From: Ignavibacteria bacterium
GTDB lineage: Bacteria > Bacteroidota > Ignavibacteria > SZUA-365
NCBI GenBank assembly: GCA_016720835.1
Contig: JADKJW010000002.1
Coordinates: 199,036 to 263,035 of the forward strand
DNA: 64,000 nucleotides
Direction: 5' to 3'
The notes beneath the pieces were generated by a model, which saw only the letters and a program-made list of their open reading frames with translations, searched no databases and was not told where the DNA came from. The translations under genes and the position numbers were made by a program. Of this stretch, positions 10,601 through 19,163 are shown piece after piece. Numbering within the stretch: position 1 is the stretch's first letter; every line of letters starts with the position of its first letter.

Positions 10601-11941
10601 GGTGTACACGGCGCTGTAGGCGAGGAAACTCTGGGGCTTGAAGGATGCCGTCGCGCCGCTTCTGGAAACGGTGCCCGGCACGAGCGTCGTGCCCTGCTTG
10701 AACGATATCGTCGTCGTATTGATGGTGGTGGAATCCATCGCCTCACTGAAGAGGATCGTGATGAGCTTGTTTTTCGCCACCCCGACGGCATTGTTCGGCG
10801 GATCGGTGGAAATCACCGTGGGCCTGATGCTGTCCGGCGCGGCACCGGTGGTGAAACTCCAGACGTAATTGTTCGCGATCGAAAGACCCGCGAGATCCTT
10901 GGCGCCGGTGGTGATCGTGCCGGTGTAAACGGTGTTGTAGGCGAGGAAGCTCGTCGGATCGAACGTCGCATTTGCGCCGTTGCGCGCCACGACACCGGTG
11001 ATCGGTGTCGCCCCCTGCTTCAGGGTGAACGTGGTTGTGTTGATGGTCGTCGAATCCATCGCTTCGCTGAAGACAACGCCGATGACCTTGTTTTTCAAGA
11101 CGCCGATGGCGTTGTTCGCGGGGTCGGTCGAGATCACCGTGGGACGGGTGGTGTCGGACGGAATCACGACGGTGACGGAGTTTCCATCCATCGTCACGGC
11201 GGTCTGTGCAAGCGCACGGCCGTCCAACGATGCGCCGGTGCTCATTAAAATGGCGGTCTGACACAGAATGATGCCTTTCATCTGGGAGGTCGTGCCGAGC
11301 GTCACCTGCCCGGCGACCTGCCAGAAGATATTGGACGATTGTGCGCCGCCCGTGAGGGTGACGATCGCGCTGTTGGCGATGGTGAGGTTCTGCGCGATCT
11401 GGAAAATCCACACGTCGCTCGGACCGCCCGAGAGCGTGACACCCGCGGCGGACACCAGAACGCCCGTCCCCCACTTGTACAAGCCGGGCGTCAGCGTCTT
11501 CCCGGTGATATCACCGGCATACAATTCCGTGTAGTTCGGCGTCGGCCTGCCGGCCGCGTCGGTGTAGGCGGTTTCCATGTCGCCGATCGCCGTCGTCATT
11601 TTCGTCGGCGTTGGAGCGGCATAGTTCGCTGCGTAGACTTTCCCTGCCACCAGGGAGGATGTCGAAAACGTTCCGGACGGATCCATGATCAGTCCGAAAC
11701 CCGTGATGTACGTCGCGGCGGCCGGACTGATCCCGATATCACCGGTAATCATGGTTGTTCCCGTGGCGGAGATTCCGGTCTTTGCAAGAGCTACGAAATC
11801 CCCCGCGGTGCCGATGTTCACAATCGCGGGCGATTGCGACAGGGCGGTGAACGGCGCCATCAACACGAGCGCCAGCAATGCTCCGGCGAGCCGCGCCCAC
11901 AGGCGCGGTCTCGAGGAGGGTTGTTTTGTATCGGTAATCAT
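7643..11941 (-). CDS. giant secreted adhesin-like protein: N-terminal DUF3494 (ice-binding-like) domain + ~11 tandem Ig-like (Big/SbsA-type) repeats + T9SS C-terminal sorting domain (1432 aa)
   Basis: The real start is the ATG at 11941 (MITDTKQPSSRPRLWARLAGALLALVLMAPFTALSQSP), with GGAGAGAG upstream. The N-domain VNIGTAGDFVALAKTGISATGTTMITGDIGISPAAATYITGF matches the DUF3494/ice-binding pattern. There are ~11 repeats of ~100 aa (..PTVISTDPxNxAxGVxxNxxIxxxFSExMDxxTIxxxTFxL..GxVxYxGxTATFxPxxxLxxNTxYTxTITTGVxDLAGN..). The C-terminus QNYPNPFNPSTTIQYSL...SMKMILSK is a T9SS CTD. Confidence 0.75.
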   Translation of the reverse strand: MITDTKQPSSRPRLWARLAGALLALVLMAPFTALSQSPAIVNIGTAGDFVALAKTGISATGTTMITGDIGISPAAATYITGFGLIMDPSGTFSTSSLVAGKVYAANYAAPTPTKMTTAIGDMETAYTDAAGRPTPNYTELYAGDITGKTLTPGLYKWGTGVLVSAAGVTLSGGPSDVWIFQIAQNLTIANSAIVTLTGGAQSSNIFWQVAGQVTLGTTSQMKGIILCQTAILMSTGASLDGRALAQTAVTMDGNSVTVVIPSDTTRPTVISTDPANNAIGVLKNKVIGVVFSEAMDSTTINTTTFTLKQGATPITGVVARNGANATFDPTSFLAYNTVYTGTITTGAKDLAGLSIANNYVWSFTTGAAPDSIRPTVISTDPPNNAVGVAKNKLITILFSEAMDSTTINTTTISFKQGTTLVPGTVSRSGATASFKPQSFLAYSAVYTGTITTGVKDLAGNALLNTYTWSFTTAPAPDTIRPIVLATDPANGSTDVPINTRVAAIFSELMDPATINTSTFLLVHGTTPVPGTVTLSGAKAVFTPSGILLPNTLFTGTITTGVKDLAGNSMLVAYTWRFVTGAAPDTIPPTVSSTDPVNAAVGVAINKKIAATFSETMDPTTITTSTFTLKVGSLPVAGTVTYAGLTATFTPSSPLVGSTVYTATITNGVKDLSGTAMLENYVWFFNTGNGPDTTHPTVTSTYPFNGAAGVGVNIKITATFSEVMDPTTISVLSFLLAQGATPVPGTVTYGGRIATFTPINFLAPNTLYTATITTLVEDLAGNTMLLPYTWRFRTGAAPDSIHPTVSSTDPWNGATFVQINKKIAATFSEAMDPHTISTATFLLKQGNTPIAGTVTYAGITATFAPLIPLANNTTYTATITTGVKDLAGNAMLAPYTWSFTTGSAPDITAPYIISTDPASAAIGVAINKKIAATFSERMDPFTINTTTFILMRGQTQVAGTVTYAGVTATFDPYDDLAANTTYTATVTNGVEDLAGNAMVTSYTWSFTTGIAPDVTAPFVISTDPANAATGVVLNKIITATFSEAMDPLTISTATFVLRSGTTPVGGVVTYAGTTATFVPFNNLEPNTVYTATITTGVEDLAGNPMVSNYVWTFTTGQALDNTAPFVISTDPPHAATGVPPGKIITATFSEPMNPASIDNTTFTLTQGTAPVPGTVTYAGTTASFTPASPLTPNTLYTGRITTGVRDLAGNHMLLDYVWSFFTGPVADTTHPKVCCTDPTNLATGVSINTTVSATFCEPMDPSTITLYTFMLKHGATPVAGTVSYLGVTATFTPTNPLDAATLYTATVTSGVKDLAGNAMEADYTWTFTTAGTTDVQTPLELGEGFVLSQNYPNPFNPSTTIQYSLAEASLVSLKVYSLLGSEVATLVNGRQEAGIYAVEFNSNEGARQLPSGIYTYRLQAGNFVASMKMILSK

Positions 11942-12009
11942 TACTCTCTCCAGAAATATTGAGTTCAGTACGGAACGATGGATTCGGGCGGAGGGATTCC
12001 GCCGGGTGC

Positions 12010-12168
12010 TTAGTTGTTGCCGAGGACGCGGCGCCCCTGGATGATGCGCACGAGGACGACGATCACGGCGATCACGAGTAGGATGTGGATAAAGCCGCTC
12101 ATGGTGTAGGACGTCAGGAGTCCGAGGAGCCACAGCGCGATGAGAACGACGGCGATGATGTACAGCAT
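12010..12168 (-). CDS. lmo0937-family small membrane protein (52 aa); absent from the ORF track because it is under 60 aa
   Basis: ATG..TAA encodes MLYIIAVVLIALWLLGLLTSYTMSGFIHILLVIAVIVVLVRIIQGRRVLGNN. This matches the characteristic lmo0937 family (IxxVILIVLWLLGFI...HLLLVIAVV..GRRV). Confidence 0.6.
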   Translation of the reverse strand: MLYIIAVVLIALWLLGLLTSYTMSGFIHILLVIAVIVVLVRIIQGRRVLGNN

Positions 12169-12224
12169 GGTATGTGCCTTTCAGGATGAAATGGTGCAGA
12201 ATTGTCGTGAAGCGCCGACGAAGG

Positions 12225-14219
12225 TCATTCGATGACTTCGACGAACACGTTCCTGTTGTACATTCTCCCTTCGGGGAGCGTATTCTGGAAGGTGTACTGC
12301 ATGTTGGTCTGACCGATCCCGATGGCCTGGACGTCGATGTTTTTGCTATCCTTGCCCAGCTGGTCGTCGATGATGCGCTTCGCTTCGTTCGCGCGTTCCT
12401 GCGACAGTTTCTGGTTGGCTTCCTCGTTGCCGATGATGTCGGTGTGTCCATGAACGATCACGGTGTTGCCGACATTCATGCCCGGAGCGATTTCCTTCCG
12501 GATCTTCGTCTCATACGTCGCGACCGCGTCCGCCTTGTTGTAGTCGAAGACCATGAGGTAGCGGGAGGCGTTCTTGACCTCTTTTTCCTTCCGCAGGTTG
12601 AAATTCTCCTTTTCGGTAATCTTTCTGCCATCGGGCATCGACACGACCGTGGTGGCGGTAAAGCTGCCCTGGTCCAGGCCGCGCATGATAGGCGATGCGT
12701 TGATGCGCTGATTCGATGTGGTGTAGGGTCCGTATTTTCTCACCTGATTCTCGCCCGCGATGGAAACCGTCCAGCTGCTGAACGGGGTCGATGTCCGGAC
12801 ATTGAACACCAGGTCGTTGTCGATGGAGGATTCGTCGCGGATGGTGTACTGCACCGGTTTGTACATGTCCTGGTTGCTGAACACGAAGACCACTCTGCGA
12901 TTCTCATCGTCGATCATGGATGTGAACTCGGGATTCGTCAGGGCGCTGCCGGACGGTTTCCGCGGAGGCTCCACAATGATGGTGATGCGGCTGGCCTTGA
13001 TGCCGTAATTGTCCACGAGGTAGTTCTTCACCTTCAGCGCGCATGCTTCGCCGTCCTTTTCGACGGGATCGCAGCCGCGCAGGGTGAGCTGCTCCTTCGG
13101 ATTCTTGCGCATCCGGTCGCCGTAGATGTTCAACACGTTGTAGTAATTCACCATCAGCTGGTCGACGTTCGTTTCCTGCACGGTCAGCTCGCCGGTTGTG
13201 TAGTTTGCGTTGTCCACTTCCTTGTACTTGCCGGCGTCGCCGTTCGACAGCTTGATGTACCGCGCGGGGATCTCCGCGTTGTCCTTCTCGTAGAACACGT
13301 ACGGGAGAATGGAGAAGTACCCCTTGATGTTCTTCGTGACCACTGTGTTGTCGCGGGGCATCACGATGTACACGCTCTTCTCCGCGGGTTTTTCGACCAC
13401 GGCGGCACGCGGGGCGGGCACGTAGGGTGCCTCTGTGATCTTTTCTTCCGGCTTTCTCGATTCCCAGGACAGCCTGATGCCGGCGCGGAACGTCTGCGTC
13501 GACCAGATATCCGTCGTGGAGTTCTGTGACCGCGTGATCACGGATTTCCGCTGCGCGGCGATGAAGGAGTAATCGAAGAACGGGCTGACGTAGAATGACG
13601 AATTCACGCTTCTCGACGCCTCGATGTCATACGCCACGCCGGCAGTCACGCCGAGGGAGGCAACCGGGCGATCCGGCACCTTCTGATCGGCGGCGGTCAC
13701 GTCGCCGGCATGATCGCGTTTGAAATCGAATGTTCCATGCATGTTCACGGCGATCAACGGACCCACAGTGAGGCTGAGATTGCGAATGAGATGCTGGTCG
13801 AAGCGGATGGCCGGCTCGATGGAGATGTAGCTCATGCGGGTGATGAATTTGCTTTTCGGCACCGTATATTCATCGGTGATCTCCGCATCGCGCATGTCCC
13901 ATGAAGCGCGGAACTGCACGCCCCACCAGCTGGAGGACAGGTATTCCACGAACGCGCCGCCGTAGCCCCCGAGGCCCTTGCCGTCAACGTTCTTGTCCGA
14001 TTCCGGGTTCGGGTTGTTAAAATTGTGAATACCCGGGTCGAAGATATACAGATCCTGGTACCCGAGTGAAGCCGAATTTGCATTCACGCCGAGATGAATG
14101 CCGTAGCGCCACGCCTGTGCCCGGAAGGTGTTGTCCTGCGCCTGGGCGTTGCCGGAGATGAGAAGGAGGGCACAGCCGAGCAGCATGCCCGCGGTGATAT
14201 GCTTCCAGTGATTCTTCAT
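12225..14219 (-). CDS. OmpA-family outer-membrane protein (664 aa): N-terminal beta-barrel-like region + C-terminal OmpA peptidoglycan-binding domain
   Basis: Real start at ATG 14219 (MKNHWKHITAGMLLGCALLLISGNAQAQ signal). The C-terminus VHGHTDIIGNEEANQKLSQERANEAKRII...NRNVFVEVIE is the OmpA_C motif. Off-frame junk upstream was trimmed. Confidence 0.7.
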   Translation of the reverse strand: MKNHWKHITAGMLLGCALLLISGNAQAQDNTFRAQAWRYGIHLGVNANSASLGYQDLYIFDPGIHNFNNPNPESDKNVDGKGLGGYGGAFVEYLSSSWWGVQFRASWDMRDAEITDEYTVPKSKFITRMSYISIEPAIRFDQHLIRNLSLTVGPLIAVNMHGTFDFKRDHAGDVTAADQKVPDRPVASLGVTAGVAYDIEASRSVNSSFYVSPFFDYSFIAAQRKSVITRSQNSTTDIWSTQTFRAGIRLSWESRKPEEKITEAPYVPAPRAAVVEKPAEKSVYIVMPRDNTVVTKNIKGYFSILPYVFYEKDNAEIPARYIKLSNGDAGKYKEVDNANYTTGELTVQETNVDQLMVNYYNVLNIYGDRMRKNPKEQLTLRGCDPVEKDGEACALKVKNYLVDNYGIKASRITIIVEPPRKPSGSALTNPEFTSMIDDENRRVVFVFSNQDMYKPVQYTIRDESSIDNDLVFNVRTSTPFSSWTVSIAGENQVRKYGPYTTSNQRINASPIMRGLDQGSFTATTVVSMPDGRKITEKENFNLRKEKEVKNASRYLMVFDYNKADAVATYETKIRKEIAPGMNVGNTVIVHGHTDIIGNEEANQKLSQERANEAKRIIDDQLGKDSKNIDVQAIGIGQTNMQYTFQNTLPEGRMYNRNVFVEVIE

Positions 14220-14344
14220 ACGAGATCCTCTGCTGAATTGTGAAGGTGTGACGTTGGGAGTACAGTGAAGCCGGGTGTTGTCCATGGTTCCTGTTTCTTT
14301 CAGGAGGTCGCGACGGATGCGTCGCCGTTCGTTGCGGTTCTCCA

Positions 14345-14812
14345 TCACCGCGTCAGTTCGTTGGACATGTGCAGTGTGAAGACGTTCGCGATGGATTTCT
14401 CCAGCGTGTCGATTTCGCGGATGGTCACGGTTCTGAATGATTCCCATGCGATATCGCTCCGCGCGGGATAGTCGTCCAGTTTCCGCTTCATTTCCTGATA
14501 GTGTTTTTCCACCGTCGCCAGTCTGGTGACCTGGCCGGCGTTGGAACGATCCTGTTCCTTCGCGATCCGTGCCCACGAGCCCGCGATGCGCGATTCCACG
14601 ATGCGCATGCGCTCTTTCATCGTGCGCTTGAAGGCCCGGAGGGTATCTGTTTCCAGACCGTTTCGACTCGCGGTGGACCAGGTGCCGGGATCCAGAATCT
14701 CGAATGCCGCGTCGTCGGATGCCGCGGATGGTTGCGCCGTGGTGAGCAGGCCGGTCAGCTGAGCGGCGAGAATGCCGGCGGCGAGAAGGAGTATGATGAC
14801 GAGGTTCTTCAT
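14345..14812 (-). CDS. hypothetical secreted protein (155 aa)
   Basis: ATG at 14812 (MKNLVIILLLAAGILAAQLTG signal peptide). Charged, coiled-coil-like remainder. No family recognised. Confidence 0.45.
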   Translation of the reverse strand: MKNLVIILLLAAGILAAQLTGLLTTAQPSAASDDAAFEILDPGTWSTASRNGLETDTLRAFKRTMKERMRIVESRIAGSWARIAKEQDRSNAGQVTRLATVEKHYQEMKRKLDDYPARSDIAWESFRTVTIREIDTLEKSIANVFTLHMSNELTR

Positions 14813-14947
14813 ATGACGCGAAATGGGCGGGTGGACCTGGTGCTGTGGTAGATTTTCGTTCCTGCGTGGATTGTCTCTGCGCATCGCGTGCACGGCGTGT
14901 CGGGGAACACAATCACTATACAAAGGTATGCTCGACACATGCGGTTT

Positions 14948-14988
14948 GCATTACACAACTCCATGAATACATTACAGCATTCACACAT
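14948..14988 (+). promoter_or_regulatory. conserved 41-bp element, copy 1 (two ~13-bp direct repeats TTACA(C/G)(A/C)A(C/T)TC spaced 21 bp apart, followed by CACAT)
   Basis: gcATTACAcAACTCcatgaatacATTACAgCATTCaCACAT. It is 35/41 identical to copy 2 and about 30/41 identical to copy 3. It lies in a gene-free 530-bp intergenic region, 129 bp upstream of the minus-strand gene start at 14812. Confidence 0.5.
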
Positions 14989-15179
14989 CATGGTACTGTT
15001 TTCCGGGAATGCGGGTCATCTGCCGGGTCACGCCTTCTCGCGTATTGTGCGCGCGGATCCTTGCGAGCTCCTTTTCCGTCGCCTATACAACTTTTTACGA
15101 TCGCGCATCGTGCCTCCCTCCAGCGTCTTCTCCCCGCGAGGAGAGGTTGCGGAAACGCGTTGCCCGGCACAACGATGCA

Positions 15180-15211
15180 CAGGAGATGCGCATTGCTGCG
15201 CGCATCTCCTG
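15180..15211 (+). other. perfect 12-bp stem / 8-nt loop hairpin in a gene-free intergenic region
   Basis: CAGGAGATGCGC-attgctgc-GCGCATCTCCTG. No T-run on either strand, so it is not a canonical intrinsic terminator. It sits ~190 bp downstream of motif copy 1. Confidence 0.4.
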
Positions 15212-15343
15212 CGAATCACTCCGTCCGGCGAGGTGGTATTACGAATGCCTGGTCATCATCCGCGGTCTCATCTCCGTGCCTGTCTCGTGCTGTCTGACGT
15301 CGGTGCGGTCCGGCGAGGCGCTCACTCCGCGACGGCGTGTTCT

Positions 15344-15682
15344 CTATTCGTATCCGCTCTTGATGACGGTGAGAATCATTTTGAACCGTTCGTTCGCCTT
15401 GACGATATTCGAGGTATGCGCGGGGATGATGATCGACTGTCCCGTATCGAGCATGTGCGACAGCCCGTCGATGACGATTTCCGCCTTCCCGTCGATGATT
15501 TGCGCGAAAGCATCGTACGGGATGATATTCTCCGTGAGCGCTTCGCCGTCATCGAAGGACATGACGTTGACATGTCCGGTGGTTTTATTGATGATGGTCT
15601 TGCTCACCACCGAATGCGGTTCATATTCAATAATTTCAACCATGATGACCGCTCTTGATTTTTCTAATTCCGTGTTTTTCAT
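15344..15682 (-). CDS. cupin-domain protein (112 aa)
   Basis: ATG at 15682 (MKNTELEKSRAVIMVEIIEYEPHSVV..GHVNVMSFDDGE..GKAEIVIDG..). Small beta-barrel cupin-like pattern. TAG stop at 15344. Confidence 0.55.
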   Translation of the reverse strand: MKNTELEKSRAVIMVEIIEYEPHSVVSKTIINKTTGHVNVMSFDDGEALTENIIPYDAFAQIIDGKAEIVIDGLSHMLDTGQSIIIPAHTSNIVKANERFKMILTVIKSGYE

Positions 15683-15747
15683 CACTGTATCCGTCCTGTG
15701 GTATCCATGGGCCTGTGGGCGAGACACGAAGCACTCGTTTCTCCTCC

Positions 15748-16203
15748 CTATTGATTATCGGACGACACCATGTTTGAGAGAGCGGTGCCCAGGTCATCCA
15801 TGTCGCGGCTGAATTCCGACTTGAAGGATCTCCATGCATCTTGTCCATCTTCCGAATATTCGTTCAGTTTCACCTTGAGCTCCTTGTTTTTCTGCTCCAC
15901 CACGGCGAGGTTCCGCTCGTAACGCGCCCGGTTCTGCTTCTTCTCGCGCGAGATCTTCACTTTGTACTCCGCGATCGCCTTCTCATAGTCGGCGATCTTC
16001 GCCTCGGCGTCCGTACGGAACTGCCGGATGGAATCCTGAATGGCCAGATGCAGCTCCGCAGCCGCTTCACCCGCGGTCGCGTTCGCTTCCCGCACGTTGT
16101 CCCGGGCTTCGTCGATTTTTTCACTGTCGCCCCGGCAACCGGCGGACAGCATGCCCATGACGCAGAGCGTACAGGCGAGGAGGATGAGAGAGGCTGTTTT
16201 CAT
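15748..16203 (-). CDS. lipoprotein with coiled-coil region (151 aa)
   Basis: ATG at 16203. MKTASLILLACTLCVMGMLSAGC lipoprotein signal. The remainder is K/E-rich and helical. Confidence 0.5.
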   Translation of the reverse strand: MKTASLILLACTLCVMGMLSAGCRGDSEKIDEARDNVREANATAGEAAAELHLAIQDSIRQFRTDAEAKIADYEKAIAEYKVKISREKKQNRARYERNLAVVEQKNKELKVKLNEYSEDGQDAWRSFKSEFSRDMDDLGTALSNMVSSDNQ

Positions 16204-16326
16204 GGTCGGTACGCCTGTGTTTCTGATGATACGGTGAGGAAGAGGCATATGATGATCTGTACGCCGTCGACAGTCCGTCATGATACACGATCACGATACA
16301 AACATATGTTTCGCCGATGCTGAAAG

Positions 16327-16367
16327 TGTTACACAACTCTGTATTTCCGTTACACCATTCTCACATT
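16327..16367 (+). promoter_or_regulatory. conserved 41-bp element, copy 3
   Basis: gtGTTACAcAACTCtgtatttccGTTACAcCATTCtCACAT. It is 115 bp upstream of the minus-strand lipoprotein gene start (16203), in a 430-bp gene-free region. Confidence 0.45.
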
Positions 16368-16603
16368 TTCGCGGAGTGCCGACGCTCAGCGTGCTGCGCA
16401 CGCTCTTGTGTGTTCGGTGCCCCAGCACCGGTCATGGCGCTCCCCTGCATCTCGATGGCGCACCGGCTCCACGATCGTCCATCCACTGCAGGATGCGCGA
16501 TGGCAGAGAACACCTCCCCTGCGTGACACAGGTGGGACGTGATCACATCATCATGTTGACTGGAAGGAACGACGGAAAGATGCGAAGACGACCGCGACGA
16601 TCT

Positions 16604-16640
16604 GTTACACGATTCCCCGATTCTTTTGCATGATTCACAC
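16604..16640 (+). promoter_or_regulatory. partial fourth copy of the element, overlapping the stop codon of the AraC-family gene
   Basis: gTTACAcgATTCcccgattcttttgcatgATTCACAC. The two half-repeats are 26 bp apart rather than 21. Confidence 0.3.
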
Positions 16641-17195
16641 CTTCTCGAGCACCGTCCTACGCTTGTGCTTCAGATGCTTGAAAAACGTCGGCGTCAATCC
16701 GGTGATCTTCTTGAATTGATTCGAGAGATGCGCGACGCTGCTGTAATTCAGGAGGTAGGAGATCTGGGTCAGCGTCAGCTCATCGTAGAGAAGAAGCTCC
16801 TTCACCCGCTCGATCTTGTGCGCGATGATGAAATGTTCGATGGTCACCCCGGTCGCCTCGGAGAACAGGTTGGCGAGGTAGGTGTAATCGTGGTTCATTT
16901 TTTCGGAGATGTAGACGGAATTCTTCGTCCGCGGCAGCTCATCCGTGTAGTGGACCATTTCCACGATGACGTTCTTGATTTTCTCGATGAGCATGGCCTT
17001 GCGATCGTCCATCAATTCCAGTCCGGATTTCAGGAGCGCCAGCCTCAGTGCGTCCCGATTCCCTTCCGATATCTGTCCGCGGACATCCACCTCGCCCAGG
17101 TCGATGACGCCGTAGGTCAGTCCGAGCTTGTCCAGCTCGGCCTTGACCACCATTTTGCAACGGATACTGACCATGTATTTGATGTAGATTTTCAT
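16635..17195 (-). CDS. AraC/XylS-family transcriptional regulator (187 aa) with a short N-terminal domain
   Basis: ATG at 17195 (MKIYIKYMVSIRCKMVV...). The C-terminal HTH_18 signature is TIEHFIIAHKIERVKELLLYDELTLTQISYLLNYSSVAHLSNQFKKITGLTPTFF. The upstream part of the track ORF is off-frame junk. Confidence 0.7.
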   Translation of the reverse strand: MKIYIKYMVSIRCKMVVKAELDKLGLTYGVIDLGEVDVRGQISEGNRDALRLALLKSGLELMDDRKAMLIEKIKNVIVEMVHYTDELPRTKNSVYISEKMNHDYTYLANLFSEATGVTIEHFIIAHKIERVKELLLYDELTLTQISYLLNYSSVAHLSNQFKKITGLTPTFFKHLKHKRRTVLEKV

Positions 17196-17745
17196 GGCTG
17201 TCTGTACGTCTGGTTCTTTATCGGGCGGTATGCAGATCGATGTCTGCGATCTCCGTCCCTCGGCGCGATCAACGCTCTGGCTGCTTCTGCGTCGCATCCC
17301 CGATGCGACAGGGTCGGCAGGAAACTGAACAGCGCCATTCCTCGGGCCGGCACGATTCCTTGGGGGGGGTCGTTGCGGGATGCGCTCATTGCAGCGCGGT
17401 GTTCCGTATCCCAATGGAACCTGTGCAGCATGCGGTGCATGATAGGGGTGAACATGAGCGCAGCGGTGACGATGAACACGAGCCCCGCGAACAGCGCGTA
17501 TGTCCCGGCGAACAGCTTCCCCGTCGCAGTCACCGGCGCATTGACCGGCCCCATCCCGCCCGGGAGCATGGCGGAGGAGCGGCGGTTGGATTCGTGTCTC
17601 ATACATGGGGAGGCGCCAATAGTATATAATCTTTCATATCACGCGCGAATCGGTGTCGCGAACACCACTTGGTGCACCCGGAGGACGCGGCACGGGAGAG
17701 TATCATGATATACCCGATAATGGTCTTGACTCTTCCCGCACCCCG

Positions 17746-19161
17746 ATGTACTATATAGAATTCACTTCGCAAGGCCCGCCCGTGATACATGCATCGTTCC
17801 GTGTCCAGACGCCGTGGTTGCGCAAGCTGCTGCACGCGGCGAGTATCGCGTTGGGAACCGTGCTCCTGCTCGTGCTGGTCATTCTCGTATTTTTCTTCGA
17901 TACGCTTCTGAACGGGTACGGCAAGGACCGGATGCTGCTCGCGTTCGCGGAGGCGTATCCTTCGGCATCGCTCCAACTGGGGGATATGTCGTATCATTTC
18001 TGGAGCAATCGTCTGGACATCGATTCCATCCGCCTCGTGACGGCCGATTCCGGAATGACCTGCAGCGTCTCGACGCTCTCCCTGCACGGCATCGCGTGGA
18101 TGCGCATTCTGTGGCCGCGGGACACCGTCTCCCTGCCGTTCGAAAATGCCGTGCTGGATGCGCGCGGGATGGCGGTCCGCTTTCGTCCGTCCATGAATTC
18201 CCTTCGCATCGACGCGTTGCATCTCTCCGCGCCGGATTCGGTCATGACGCTGGATTCCGTGCACTTCCTTCCCGGGTACGATGACGAGGACCTCTTCGCG
18301 CTGAGCCGCTACCGGCAGACGCGCTTCCGGTTCTCCGTCCCCCTCCTGCGCATCTCCGCGCTGGACTGCGCGGCGCTTCTCCGCGGCGACGGATACCGCG
18401 CGCGGCATGTGGCGATCGAGAATCTGGCCGCCGATATTCTGGTCAACATGGACAAGCCGTACGACGCGAAATCCACCCCGCCGCAGATGCCGAACGAGGC
18501 CTTCGCCGCGATACGCGACAGCGTGCGCATCGACAGCGTGACCGTCAGCGGCGGCAGTCTGAACTACTGCGAACGCATCGCCGTTCGGGGTGCGCCAGGC
18601 GTCATCACCTTCGACCGCATCGCCGTAAAGACGGGGCGGATCTCCAATACCGCCGCCGTGCCCGATACCACGATCATCCATGCCGAGGGACGGTTCATGG
18701 GCTCCGCAAACATGACGATGGAAATGGCACTGCCGCTCAGCTCCACGACCTTCTCGCTTCGCTACTCCGGCTATCTCGGTCACATGCAGTTGACGGCGCT
18801 CAACGACTTTCTCGTCCCCTGCGAGCATCGGCGTGTGACGGAAGGGGTCATGCATGCGGCGCGGTATTCGGTGCATGTGGTTTCCGGAAAATCGCGCGGG
18901 ACGTTGCGCGCGGAATACACCAGACTTCGGATTTCCGTCCTGGATGCGCACACGGGAAGTTCCAAGGGCATCTTTAATCGGATCGCGTCCTTCATCGGCA
19001 AGGTCTTCGTCATCAGAGGGAGCAACATGCCCGGCGAGCGCGGATCGCTGAAGCTCGGGACCATCCGCCGCACCCGCAAGGCCGACGATTACTTTCTGCA
19101 GAACCTGTGGTTCGCGCTCCGCGGCGGCGTGGCCGACGTTGTGGGATTCACCGAGAAGTAG
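17746..19161 (+). CDS. membrane-anchored hypothetical protein (471 aa), possibly an AsmA-like/DUF748-like periplasmic protein
   Basis: ATG at 17746 (MYYIEFTSQGPPV...LRKLLHAASIALGTVLLLVLVILVFFF: N-terminal TM helix) followed by a large soluble domain. The antisense ORF 17599..18951 is junk. Family uncertain. Confidence 0.45.
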   Translation: MYYIEFTSQGPPVIHASFRVQTPWLRKLLHAASIALGTVLLLVLVILVFFFDTLLNGYGKDRMLLAFAEAYPSASLQLGDMSYHFWSNRLDIDSIRLVTADSGMTCSVSTLSLHGIAWMRILWPRDTVSLPFENAVLDARGMAVRFRPSMNSLRIDALHLSAPDSVMTLDSVHFLPGYDDEDLFALSRYRQTRFRFSVPLLRISALDCAALLRGDGYRARHVAIENLAADILVNMDKPYDAKSTPPQMPNEAFAAIRDSVRIDSVTVSGGSLNYCERIAVRGAPGVITFDRIAVKTGRISNTAAVPDTTIIHAEGRFMGSANMTMEMALPLSSTTFSLRYSGYLGHMQLTALNDFLVPCEHRRVTEGVMHAARYSVHVVSGKSRGTLRAEYTRLRISVLDAHTGSSKGIFNRIASFIGKVFVIRGSNMPGERGSLKLGTIRRTRKADDYFLQNLWFALRGGVADVVGFTEK

Positions 19162-19163
19162 CC

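Noticed and set aside
14888-15658. Plus-strand ORFs starting just after motif copy 1 (14888..15658 and 15009..15812), considered as possible motif-driven genes
   Set aside because: They overlap the minus-strand cupin gene, have Arg/Cys/His-rich composition and no RBS. The region 14813-15343 is better treated as non-coding and possibly sRNA-encoding.
17599-18951. 450-aa minus-strand ORF
   Set aside because: It is antisense to the membrane-protein gene 17746..19161, which has an N-terminal TM helix and normal composition. The minus ORF is Arg/His/Gly-rich junk.
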